Source: Hamiltosporidium tvaerminnensis FI-OER-3-3
Taxonomy: Eukaryota > Fungi > Microsporidia
Direction of reading: 5' to 3'
DNA: 64,000 nt
NCBI GenBank assembly: GCA_022605425.2
Contig: JAKIMF020000013.1
Span: 558,001 to 622,000 of the forward strand
Shown: positions 51,378-64,000 of the stretch, in pieces
Layout: each line of letters starts with the position of its first letter
Numbering within the stretch: the stretch's first letter is position 1
Position numbers and translations under genes: made by a program
The notes under the pieces: generated by a model
What the model saw: the letters and a program-made list of their open reading frames with translations, nothing else
What the model was told of the DNA's origin: nothing
The model's database searches: none

Positions 51378-54300
51378 ATATACAATCATAGAATTAATGT
51401 ATTCATGTTTAGAATATAAAAATGACCAAAGATCTTAAAGTTTTAATCATTTGAATCATAAATTCAAAAAAAATGAATATATTTGTCAATCTTAGATAAT
51501 ATATAAATAAAAAAAATAATAAATATATGGACATACATTGCTTTAAAAAATAATTTATGTATACATTATAGAAAAAATTTCTTAACTAGCGTCTCTTTGT
51601 TCATAAAATGATAGATCTTGCGCAAAAATACTTTAAAGGATATATAAATAATTTTTAAAAAAAAAACTTTATGAGATGAATAAAACAATATACTAGTGGC
51701 TTTATTTATTGAACATTAAATAAAAATTGAAATTTTTATATAGCGTTATAATAATATATTTGCTAAGTTTTGAATTATGAATCTAATTACATAGAAATGA
51801 AACAGCAAAATATAGAGGCATATTTGCCAATAATAATTTACTCAAAAAAATAATGGTAGATTTAATGATTCAAATGTTTAAAATAGATAGACAAAGCTTA
51901 TTTATAAAATTCTAAAATTTAAATTTTTGGATCATAAATCAGTATCAAGCATAAATTTCTGTTTGGTAATGATTAAAATAATTTTTTGTTAACCATTGCA
52001 AAATTGGATTTTCAAGTTATAACTTAACGGATCTAGTATTAAGAAAATTTAGAATAACAAATATAATTTTCTCGGTCAACCAAATAAATATATTAAAATA
52101 AAAGAATGAATTAAGTGAAATTTTTGTAGTATAAAAAATAATAGTTTTTTGGTACTACAGAGTTACCAAATTACATTAAAAAGAAATATATACTAGAAAT
52201 ATAAGATTAATTCAATAAATTGAACAAAAATAATAAAAATATAAAATAGTATAATAAGCGAAATGATAAACTTCTAATGATTGAAATTTAAGTTATAATG
52301 GTTCATGACTTCTATTTTTATTAAAAAAATTAAATTTAAATATGAATTTTAAGTTAGTACAATATTAAAAATTCTGAAGATATACAATAATTATATGGTA
52401 ATACCCTTTTGACAATAGAAAAAAGCATATTTGATTATTTTTAGAAGAATATAGCAAACAGTCAACATGATTTATCACAAGGAATGCATATTTTTCTATA
52501 ATAAAATAGGTTTTAAATTAATTTTAGAATAATATATGTTATAATGTTTATTATATCATTTAAAACTCTTAAAAATCATTATATTTATATGAATGTTATG
52601 GTAATTAATGCTAAAATGATTAAATAACATTAAGAGATATTAAAATTGGTTTTAAAATAATCATCATATAGCAATATGACGATAAATTAATCGAAAAATA
52701 TTGTTTTAGTTAATTAACGAAAAAATTCATAAATATAAACGAAATAAAAAAGACTTTACAACATATATATTTATTAAATCGCGTCACGGTATATGAACAG
52801 CAATTGTTTAAATCGTTTTACAACAGCTAACAACTTATTGAGTAAATCCTAATCTCATATTCCACTACAATGGGATTTAAGTCGTTTTGTGAATGTTTCA
52901 AAACAAAGAAGGTTTTCTAATCAAAATAGTTGTTAAACCATATCCAACCTTCCTCTTTTTTTAACCTTGATGGCTTTATTAATGTTAATTCGGAAAAATT
53001 CTGCACGAAAAAAATAATACACACAATTTTTAATCTATATCTTTAATTTTTATTTGATATTTATACTAAAACTTGAATAAAGTTAGTTTAATTGCAAATT
53101 CTAAAAAAAATAAAAATCAGCATGCATAGGTAATATTAAGTACAAGCTAAATAAACCGTAAATATATACAAACCAGAATTATATAAATTATTTTGAGTGA
53201 AATTTATTTGAAATTAACGTCTTTAACTATAAAATGAATGTTTCTTTTCTTAAATTTATCATTAGCTGAAGTATTTAAATAATAGGTTTTTGAAATCATA
53301 ATGGAATCGTTTATTCTATAGAAAACTGCAATATTTAATTAAAACTGATAAGTAAAATTACGTTTTTGTAATTTATATTAGTTTTCTATTTACTTCCATT
53401 GAAGCTTACAATTAAATGACTATGATGTGTAGAACCCTATTAAAAAAAACCTACAGAGATTGTAAGTATATTATAAAACTAAATTTCTTGTTTCGGTTTG
53501 AATAAAAATAATTATAAATAATTTAAGAAGAGGTTAGTTAATGTCTATTATATTATATCCAAGAGAAAAAAAAATTTTGTTTCATCAAAATAATAAATAC
53601 GGAAACAATTTTTTCAGAATAAAATAAAGGTATAAAAAATTTAAAACAATAAAGAATTAGAAGAACATTAACAATTTATTAAAATTTATCAAAATATTTC
53701 ATGGTCTAAAACGAAAAATTTATTTCGTTGATATATAATAATTTTTAACTTCAACTAGCGGTAAAGAAGTAAATAACTGACTGAGATTTTATAAATTAGA
53801 ATCGAGTTTTCTTCTTTACAAAGTAAGAATAAGATATACAATCTCTTTACTTTAAAAAGTTTTTGTAATCTAAATTCACTTTGGAAGGCCATTTTACCAA
53901 TATTTAAAACACATTCCAAATCATAACATGAATTAATTTTAACAGAAACCAATAAAGATGACTTCTATGCGCCTTGTATTAATCAGATATCAGATCGAAA
54001 AAGACGGATATTCCGAGATATTAAGAACAAAAAACAATTCAAAATATACAACTTTAAAATTAATAATTTTATAAACAAGAAAAAATATTTTAAATTGATT
54101 TTCGTATATTAAGACTTCTAAGGCTGTTAATAAATAATCAAATATTGTAAAATTCATCATGGTGTAATTTATGTTGTTCTAACGTAATGGTATACATAAA
54201 TATCACAATTTATAAGCTTTAAAGCCGTATTTCAGGATGAGAATATTACTTTACCCTTCTCAAATATTTAAAAATGAACATTTTAATCAAAGCAAAACAA

Positions 54301-56319
54301 CTGTCTAGCCTATGATTAAGCCATAAGATGGAATATTTTTAGTTTAATATAACTACATTCAAACTTTATTTATGTTACATTCTTTATATTCACTATATAT
54401 TCGAAATTTTTTTATAAAATTAAAATATAAGAGTAATAAAAAGATAGCGTTATTTTATCTATAAATTACATAGATATCATCAAAATATATAAAAACAAAA
54501 TATCTTATAAAAAAAAGCTTCAAGTAGAAATTGAAGATGCTGAATAGTCAGATAGAAAAATTCTTGTAGATAATAATCCTACTTTTACTTATATACGAAA
54601 TATACAATCGTGTATATATTATACTACATTTTAATAAAATATCCGAAAACGTTTTTAATTTGGTATATTTGGCAGTTGTTTATATAAAGGTTATTCGATC
54701 TTATTACAAAATCTTTCTAATAAAATTAATAATGTTGTGAGATTATAAAGTAATTTTTGGTTTTAAACATGTTAGTTTCTATGTGCATTTAAAAATAATA
54801 AGTCGACCGAGTTTCTTTATATAGTACTTGTCATCGGAACGAGCAGATCTGATTTGTAAAAAAGGCTTTTAACCAGATATATTCTCATGAGTGTTAGTTG
54901 CACAAGTAATTAAATCTAACATTGTTAAATTAAAAAAGAACACGTGTGATACCTACTCTATTATGCTATTATCTCAAAATTTAATCCCTTCATGTTCGAT
55001 ATAATTCTTTCATAGAACAAGATCAAAATATTTAATTTATATTGTGAGCAGTTTCGCATTAGTCAACCAATATCATGTGTTATATCATTTTTAAGCATTA
55101 GAATTTATAATATAACCAGAGGGCTTTATAATTTTCTTACATTACATGGATTTTTAGTTAATTTCTTGCTTGGCTTTTCTAAAGTTCCAAAAAAGAAATA
55201 TACTATTAATACGTTAAAGTAAAAAAGATTTTTCTGCTCTATTCATTTTTTTGGTCTTTTATGTGATATTTTAAGCGAGACCTATGATAGAATAACCATT
55301 TTGAAACAGCGTCCAGGAATATTCTTTAACTGAATGCCTTCTTAAATAGCCCCAAAGATAAGTTTATAGTAAACGTGAGGATGGTGTAAAACGTATCATA
55401 AACGCCTTTTTATTGTATTATTTTTCTCTGCATAAAGTTTTTCTGTATTACCAGAATTTTTTTGATTTTCAACTTCAAAGAAATTCAGATTATTTTAAAG
55501 ATATATGATTCACTAAGATAATGTAGGTCAGCGTTAGTAACTATTATCTCATGCAAATAATATGTATATTATTAGATATAATATAAATCAATTACATCGT
55601 TTTGTAATTTAAAAAATGGAACTCTCTTATATCCTTAATGAGATTCAGAAAACTAAAAGGATTTTCTTTAAAAAATATATTTTTCTTTAGATTTTTGTTA
55701 ATCCTAAAACCAGTTTAAATAACCCAGATAATTTAAAAATTTGTTTTTTTAATGGTGTATATGAAAGATTTATATCTTACAGTCCTAAATGTTTTTTATA
55801 ATTTTGACTAGTTCTAATCTTTTCGAAACGCAGTAATTGTTAAAACAGATTTGAAAAACATTTTTACGACTAACATTTTTCTTTAAATACGTTTTTTACT
55901 GCAAAAATATAATAGATTTATATTTTAAATTCTTGCATTTTATACAATCATCCTTAGGGTTATATATCTGTTAAATGTTTATTATATTTGTAAGTAATAT
56001 ATTTATTAGATGGAATATAAATACAAGAATAGAAAGAAAAGCACCAAGCACTCAATAAAGTGAGCAAAGAAATGTACAAAAAAATTTAAGCAAAATTTAG
56101 ATGGGAAATATAGATAGGCATACTTGATATTTTTCTCCATATATTCTGTATTTAGATATAATAAACTAAAAATATTTTTAGTATAATAAGAATAAAAAAG
56201 AAAAATGCAAGTATACGATCAGAAGAAATAATAAAATAAGAAAATTTTAAAATTTTCTTTTGAAAATAAATCCGGGAGTAAAAATATATTTATAAATCGA
56301 GAAATAGAAACCAAATGTA

Positions 56320-59300
56320 TGACGACTATTGTGTTGTAAGGCGCCCATGGGCAAAAGAAAAATATCGGGAGCGGTTGAAAATCGCAAAAAATCAAGATGT
56401 GAGAATACGGGTGTGAAGAGTAGGAATTTCGACACTTTGTTTCCAGCTCATCGAGGACTAGCCACCCTCGAGTTGTGAGCCCAATCGACTGTTTTTTTCG
56501 GCGTCTTCGAAACAGGAGGAGTGTGCGGCAGCCACGCACAAGGAGAGTAAAAAGTGTACAGATAATAGGAATGTAAAGAGTTTTTTTGGGACAAGCATGC
56601 GAAAGCACACACGGGATGAGCCGCTGACCAGCCAGCGAAGTTTCCCGGAGGAGAAAGAGGCACAGACTTTGTCTGTTCTTTATGCACTTGCTTCTAAGAA
56701 AATAACACTTCTTGAAAAAAGAGTGGAAAAATTAGAAGAAGAGGAAAAGAGATACAAAAAACTCTTATGTTGACAAAGACCAACTCGATTGCTTTAGAGG
56801 TACTCTTTAAAGAAATTGAGAAGCTACATAAAGTAGCTAAAAAGTCGCGTAGGTGCCGTACTCACAAGTGCGTGATAACGGCAGAAGCACCTGTTTACTC
56901 GGTTAGGCTAGAGGCAGGAGCCAGAGACCCTCAGGCTGATCCGGCAGCCAGTGAGTGTGTCTGCAACGCTGCAGAACTAACAGAGAAACCCATCGAGCAG
57001 AATTTAGTGGTATATGAGGCGAAATCTCAGTCTTTCGGGCCAACTTTGTCCGCACGATCTGCAAAGGCAAAAGCTTGGTCATTGGATAAACAGATCGTGT
57101 TAAGGACTGGCAGTTCTACTGATCTGACTGCAAATGCTGTTTACTCTTTTGCTGTTGGAGTCTGCCCAGCGGAAGTGCTTTTCTGCAACGCAGCAGAATC
57201 TCAAGGTTTACAAATTGAACGTGCAATGAATGTAAGTCATCAAGAGGCGGGCTTGTACAATGTCGTACGGGCAATACCACACTGCCTCCGATAGAAATCC
57301 TTGTTCTATCGAAAAAAATTTACCTGAAAAGACTTCCGTAAGTGCTTCGGGAAAAGGTCTTAAGGATAATAATAAGAAATTATTTGATTGCAAAGCAACT
57401 GGTAACCCAGCCAGTAAACCGAGAGCCGTCAAATTGCAGACTGCTAAAAAGCCTGCCTTCGATCGTACTAAGGCACCTTCGAAGCAGAGTAGAGGGAAAA
57501 TTAACCTAAACAGAGCACAGTGTGAGGATGTTGTGCAAGGCAAATCACCATTTGTCTTGAATAATTTGTGCTTCTTTACTTAGTTAGAGTTAAAGTAAAC
57601 AAACCCGCTTATTTAAGAGCAACTAGAGAACGGGGGCGTTAAATCTTACTACGTAAAGCACGTAGGCTTCACTAAGGAAGGCCTGTTAGAGTTGCTTGTG
57701 AATGCTAACAGTGTGGATAAGGTTAAAGCCATTTTTACAGGCTTTAAAGATGTAAGACCTTTGATAACTATCTTAACAGAGGTAGTCTCGAAGAGATTGG
57801 AAGGCAGTTATCTGACCTTAAGTTCAGACTTTCATGGGTCGAGCGACTTAAAGATAACCCGCCGGTTAGGAGGTTTCTTAGCATTCTGAAGCATATTTCG
57901 GCTCAGAATGCCTTTCAAGAAGCCTCGAAAATCTTCTACGGACTAGAAGATGTGGTACTTGAGGAGCCAAAGAGCTTCTCTAGCCTATAGTCAGGACTGT
58001 CTGAACTGTTGACACCTGCCAACAGATAAAGCCGTGCAAAGCAAGCCCTGCGGTATACTTTGTGTGGGGTGTACCGCATAGGCATCGTAGTGTTTTTGCT
58101 GAAACACTACAGGCGAAAGGTTCCAAAGGTACGTCTGTCAAGCGAGTTATCAAGCGAGATGGACGTAGACGACTTGATGGGACTGTTGAGAGTGGGATAG
58201 ACCCGGAAACAGTGCAAGCTGTGAGTAGGAAACATCTTAGGTACTGCAAAACCCATACACTAGGGAGAAAAAAGTCTGTCAGAATTTGCACGGAATCGTA
58301 TAGTAATCTTAGATTACTTACGCTAAATGTAAATTTCTTTAGATCAAAACGAGAGGTAGTTCTAATGCTAACTGGTAAACTCTACCCAGACATTCTGTGT
58401 CTTCAAATGACACTACGCTACATAGGGAGTGCTCGAAATGTTATGCCGGAATACAAGGTGATGTAAAGTTTTTTAACAAGGAGAAAAAAGATGAGTAGAG
58501 AACTGATTTCTGCTGTGCGTCGTAATTTAGATTTTACGCTATCTTCAGTTAAAGTACATCCTAACTTCTTGGCTGGTATTGTTTGTGGCAAAAAAGCATC
58601 TTGTGGCTCGTTTAAATTGCTTGTTGTTAACGTGTACATTCCTCCAAAATGTTCCCTATACAGCAACAGAGCGGAAACGCTCGAAGCTCTAGGATCTTTT
58701 CTTGTTAGCGAAAACAAGAAGAACGGTTTGGATGATATTCTAGTCATGAGCGATTGGAATATGACACCAGAAGAGGCTGCTAGGTTCCTGGCTGTCAACA
58801 ACCTCTATTGCACAATAAATGGTTATTCGAAGCACCGCGAGCTACAAGTGCAGCAGCACACGGTGCCAATAGAAGCATATACTACTGGCTGTTTCTTAAA
58901 AGAGAATGGGCGGAGGTAGTTAAAGGCCACAGGAAATGGGATATATCGGATCACCTTCCTGTAACTATTGACGTTAGGGTAAACACGCTCACACGAGCTG
59001 TACGCAAGAAAAATATCTTCTTTCGCAAAATAGCGGAGCGTTCACGTGCCGATTAGCTCGTAAGCGGTCCTGACCTGAAACAGTTGTTGTCCTAATATGA
59101 ATCCCGGAATTTATGTGGACGAAACTGTTTAATGTGGTCTTGAGATACATTTTCAGATGGAAAATGTTTTTTTCTGCCTTGTAAGCTCAAAAAAACTATT
59201 CACGATATACAAAGAGTAGCTTTCGTATGAAATGCTCGAGCTTATCCGAATGCCTAAGCTGACCTCAAACGAAAGTGCGAGAAATGTAAGCGTCTACAAG

Positions 59301-61500
59301 CGGCAGTTGAGAATTTAGTGGGCACAAAAAGGTATTGCGGCGGCATCAACTGCTGCATGAGAGACGTGTAGCAGTGGACCAGAAGGTCTGCTGGAATGCC
59401 CAAATGCTCGGCTGCCAATCGCACAGTTTTAGATGGAAAAAGCCAAATTGCTTCGGATGAGCTGACAGTGTTGCAGGTCTGGTACAACCACTTTCGTTCC
59501 CTAGAAACAATGAATGATGAGTTACAGAGCAAAGACACTCAAATGGAGTGTCTTATTGAGGATAACAACGCTCATTATAATGATTTGATTGCTTGGAAAG
59601 AGGTTATTTCAGCGCTGCACGAGTCAGCAAACAACAAAGCATGTGCTTTAGATGAGGTACCAGTAGAATTGTACAAAGCTCTACTAATGGATACTCATGG
59701 CGTAAGTCTGATGGCACAGCACATTTTACATGTGCTGAATGAGGCCTGGACAAATAGAATACCTGACAGCTGGAGAGTGTCAGTCATAGTACCGCTAGCG
59801 AAGAAAGGTGATTTACGAAAACCTGGAAACTACCGTGAAATATGTCTGATAAACACTCTTCTTAAACTGCTGTGTAAGGATGTGGAACGCCGAATGCGTT
59901 TGTATGCTGAGAATAATAACCTCTTGTGCCGGGAACAAGCTGGTTTTCGTACTCGAGAGGAATGTGTTGCCAAGGTGGCAACTCTTTTAGAAATTCAAAG
60001 GAGAAGATTTATTCGAGGTAGAGAGACTGTTTGCCTATTATTCGATTTCGAAAAGGCTTACGATAGAGTTCCTCATGATCTACTCCTTTTGAGACTGAAA
60101 GAGCAAGGCTATTCCGGAAAACTTCTGAGATTCCTTAAAGATCTGTACACTGATATAAAAATAAGTGTCAAGGTGGGCGATAAAACAACAAGCCTATTCC
60201 TATACAGTATCGGTCTCCGCCAAGGCTGCCCGTTATCACCTCTGTTATTCGATCTTTATATCGATTACATCTTTAGAGTCTTAATGGTATAGCATGCAAA
60301 GGTCTTAACTATAAGTTTCAAGGTACATTGTTTGCCGATGACACTGTTCTGTTCGATGCGATGTGGCTGCCTTTAAACTCAGTATAGATAAAGTGACGAG
60401 GTGGTGTAAGACGTGTGGAATGCGTGTGAATATAGATAAGCGTAGGTTGTTATTTTTACCATGTCTTAAAGGTAACGTAATGATAGGATAAAAAGCATTC
60501 CCAGTGGTCGAAACCTACAGATACCTAGGATTTATTTTAGACCGCACGTTTTCTCTGAAAGAAATGCTCAATGGGAGAAAAAAAGCTGTGTTTGCGGTCC
60601 GAAAAAATGCTATGCCATTCCTCTGCAGATCAGAAGTTCCGCTCTATTTTAAACTTCTGATCATAAAAGCATGCATTATACCAATTGTAATGTATGGGAG
60701 CGAATTGTGGGGAATGAGCAAGGTCAGAATAGTATCTGTAGGTTGCGGCGTTACACGTTCTTTGGCAGCAGCTTTTGGATGTCGAGAGAATTTTTCCCAG
60801 CTGGTAGCATTCAGAGAGTGTGACATCCAGCCTTTATATGAAAAGGCAGCTATGTCACGTGTAAGAGGCTTCTTGAAATGGCAAGAAAGCAGAACGATCA
60901 TCCGGGACTTGCTCAATGGTAAGTTTACAGCGAGAAAGAGAACGTGAGTTACTCAAACCCGAATCTGGATGAAAGCTTATACTGGAAGTCTTTTATCGGG
61001 TTTGAGTAACAAAAGTAGTGGCCTTCTAATCAAAGAGGATATTGTTAAAAGGCAAGGCCGAGCTGATAAGTCAGTTATAAGTGGCTTACGTAGGCTTTTT
61101 GGTCTTAATAGTGGGTATAAGTGGATCTACGCAGAACTAAATAACAGGGTGTTAGCTAGCAGTATTAAGATGCTGCGTAATTTAGAATAGGACTGGTGAA
61201 ATTTAGTCCGCAACTGGAAGCTTTAAGAAGATTACCGAATAAGTATAGGGAACGCTGTCCATGTTGCGAGGAACCAGGCTGAGAAATTTAAGCCATTTAG
61301 TGTTTGTGTTAAGAGCGCAAGTGGAGCGATGGATGTTCAAAGATCAGATTACAAGAAAAATTGTAACATGTTTAAAATCTTCTGATACTGTAGGGAATTC
61401 AAGGCATCAAGATACTCTTGGAAGGGAAATGGCAAGCTGCCGCAGTTCTAAACAACGAATTGTCATACCTGACCTGAAGATCATCAATCGGTCAATATAC
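56320..61500 (+). mobile_element. Decayed near full-length APE-type LINE (ORF1-like region, AP endonuclease, RT, C-terminal Cys motif)
   Basis: GC-rich island; APE motifs LLTLNVN, PDILCLQ, VNVYIPP, SDWN, SDHLPV; RT motifs EQAGFR, DFEKAYDRV, GLRQGCPLSPLLF, FADD (60331-60342), YRYLG; RCPCC near 61255; many stops and frameshifts; ends approximate. Confidence 0.93.
59396..60292 (+). pseudogene. Reverse transcriptase fragment of the LINE
   Basis: ORF ends before the FADD motif, which lies downstream of the stop. Confidence 0.9.
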
Positions 61501-63168
61501 CAAATAGAAAATAAGTATAAAATTGAAAGGTTTGATATCATTTATATCACATAAAAATAATATTTTTATTCTATATTTAAAAACAAAAAAGAGGGGTATG
61601 CCATCATGAATAAAATTAATCAAGACGATTATTTTACTTATAAAAACACTTCTTTACTCAATATCATTGGAACAGTGAGCAGGAAGACGATCTCCTTGTT
61701 GGAGATGTACTTCAAACTTAGCTGCCTTCCCGAAAATTACGGCAAAAGGCTAATATTTATTGTATCACAACAAAATGTTATTTATTTTTCAAACATTCCA
61801 AGGTCTTTCAAAATTAATTAAATTTTCTAAAATTTATAAAATATAGAAACAAATTAAAACAAAAGAAGAAGTTGCGAGAATTACATGAAGAAATTAATCG
61901 ACGTTTAACCACAATAAAAGTATAAATGACAAAAATTACAAAACTTAACTAGCTTTTACTTTTACATTTTCTAGAAAAAATTTTTTTATTCGAAATATTC
62001 TTAGCAAGAATGCAATCTCTTTAATCAGGACGTACTTCAAATTTAGCTTTCCATTATAAAAATAAAGTTTTATAATTTTATGTTTTGCAAATTTTACAGG
62101 ATTGTATGGAAAAAATAAAAAATCCGGGACTTTCTAAAACATTTTTCGATTGAAAAAATACTTGGTACTTATAGATCATACACGGATTTTTTGTTTTGAA
62201 AAGAATAACAGATTTTAAGCATTATAAAACAGAATTGAACATCCTTTGTTTTTAGAATTGTATCAATGAATTTAAGCAAAATATAGAAGCATACAAATAA
62301 TATGAATTATGAGTAAAGGAAAATAAGACGAATTGTGAAATAAAAAAACGAGTGACTTAAACAGTACCTATAGAGGTTCGTTCCGAGGGTTTATCGACAT
62401 CTTTAGGAATTAAAATACTTTGTCGAAGTCATTTATAGGTTATTATCGAAGCTAATTTGAAAAAAAATTAATAGATCCACACATGAGCAGTAAAGTAATA
62501 TTCCAATCAGAGAAACCTAACAAATTATTTGAGCAATACAACACAGTTAACACCAAATGAGTCGTTATACAGCAAGCTAAGTTTTCTGTGAAAAAGTAAA
62601 TGTTTTAATCTCAAAACACCATTCATTTTATACTGCTCCCTTTATTTTATATAATTACTAAAACTAAAATTTTATCTTTAAAAACGTATGGACTCGGTTA
62701 AAAAAATTATAAACATTTATAATATAAAATAAAATCGAATAAATTTTTAGTTTCCACGAATCTGTGCCTTTTAGTTGTATTTTTATAATATTTCTGTTGT
62801 TTCAAAATAAATTGAATAACTGTTTTTTATGGTATTCTTGGATGAAAGGATTTGCGAAAAGTTCCAGTATTATACATAAAATAAAATATCTTAAGCCTGA
62901 TGTCATAAATTTCTATTGCATTACATTTTTTTGTTCCATTATGTATAGCAGCTTATAATTTTATAATGCAAAAATATAATATTATAGGATTTTATAACAT
63001 CTTTGTAATAACTTATTAGAATTATTTCTAAATAAACGTGCTAAAGAACCGAAAAGCGCACTAGACAGAAAACACAATCGTTTGTATTATATAATTAACC
63101 AATTTTCTAGAAAAACCAGATGAAATAATCATAAGGATGATTTTCATATTTCTATAAAAGTCATTAGA

Positions 63169-63378
63169 ATGATAATCGGAACAGACTATGAGAATGGTTA
63201 CATTGCCACCATAAGGAAAATTGCTTTAATAAACAAAAACTACTATGGAATGCACCCAGCGGCTGTAAAAGATTATGTAAATATATGTGGTAGGTGCGGA
63301 AATTTTCTCTTAAATAAATTTAAAGTACCAATTCGCATCCTATACATTTTTCTTATAATTATGAAAACGTTAGATTAA
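63169..63378 (+). pseudogene. Possible integrase zinc-binding domain remnant
   Basis: YYGMHPAAVKDYVNICGRC resembles the Y.......V..YV..C..C pattern of retroelement-type integrases. Confidence 0.4.
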
Positions 63379-64000
63379 AGTGATTTTAACTCTATCACTA
63401 GAACTCTACGAAATTCGTTTGACTGATCTTGTCACGATGAAACATATATTTAATCGATTTTAATGTATTGCATAACTTACTATGTTAATAGTAAAAAACA
63501 TGCGAAAACAAACAGATTTAAATAAAGAGTATAAAAGAATAGGATAATCAAATTTAAATTTTTATCAGTTAAACATCTTATTTCTATAATTTCTTGATTT
63601 TTTCTTATTTTTTTACGTTAAGATTTTAATTTTATAATTTTTTTTGTTCGTTAACATCTTATTTCTATAATTTTTTTACTTATGATATAAAATTTCTATA
63701 CTTCGCTAATCCGTTACCAGCCAAATTTCCTAAAATACTCTTTACTGCCAAACAAACGCATTAATACATTCATTTCAAATTAACCTCATCTTAATTAGCA
63801 CGCTGAAAATTTCTGCGTTTCTTTACTATCAGTTAATGGTAAAGCAAAATAAAGGAGACGGAATGACGGAGAGGTGCATTTTCAAATACGACAGTAAATG
63901 ACAAAATTATATGCAAAAATGTATTTTGCTCTAAAAAATAGACACTTGAAATATGTTTAACAATTTTAGGATCTCTCTCAAAAACTTTCATGTGTAGTAA

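Noticed and set aside
56610-56650. CTGACCAG...GAAG near the LINE 5' end as a hammerhead core
   Set aside because: Does not match CUGANGA...GAAA and the stems are unconvincing

Overview
Very AT-rich, gene-sparse eukaryotic DNA from a microsporidian. The evidence is a reduced SSU / short ITS / fused 5.8S-LSU rDNA unit and CCC motifs just upstream of ATGs; the large, repeat-rich character suggests a Hamiltosporidium-like genome (inference). It holds about 9 host genes (SLC35-like transporter, U2AF small subunit, atypical Arf-like GTPase, CID-domain protein, MBOAT acyltransferase, secreted hypothetical proteins), one rDNA unit, a decayed APE-type LINE, four 3' fragments of an REL-endonuclease retrotransposon, and many copies of a ~730-bp non-coding retroposed element. 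Main observations: (1) a minimal HDV-like self-cleaving ribozyme fold whose predicted cleavage site (49899/49900) falls at the predicted 3' end of the LSU rRNA; (2) a second copy of the same ribozyme forming the exact 5' end of a TSD-flanked ~700-bp non-coding retroposon 776 bp downstream; (3) an intact ORF with host-type expression signals that resembles qinvirus-like negative-strand RNA virus nucleoproteins (recalled similarity, not searched).
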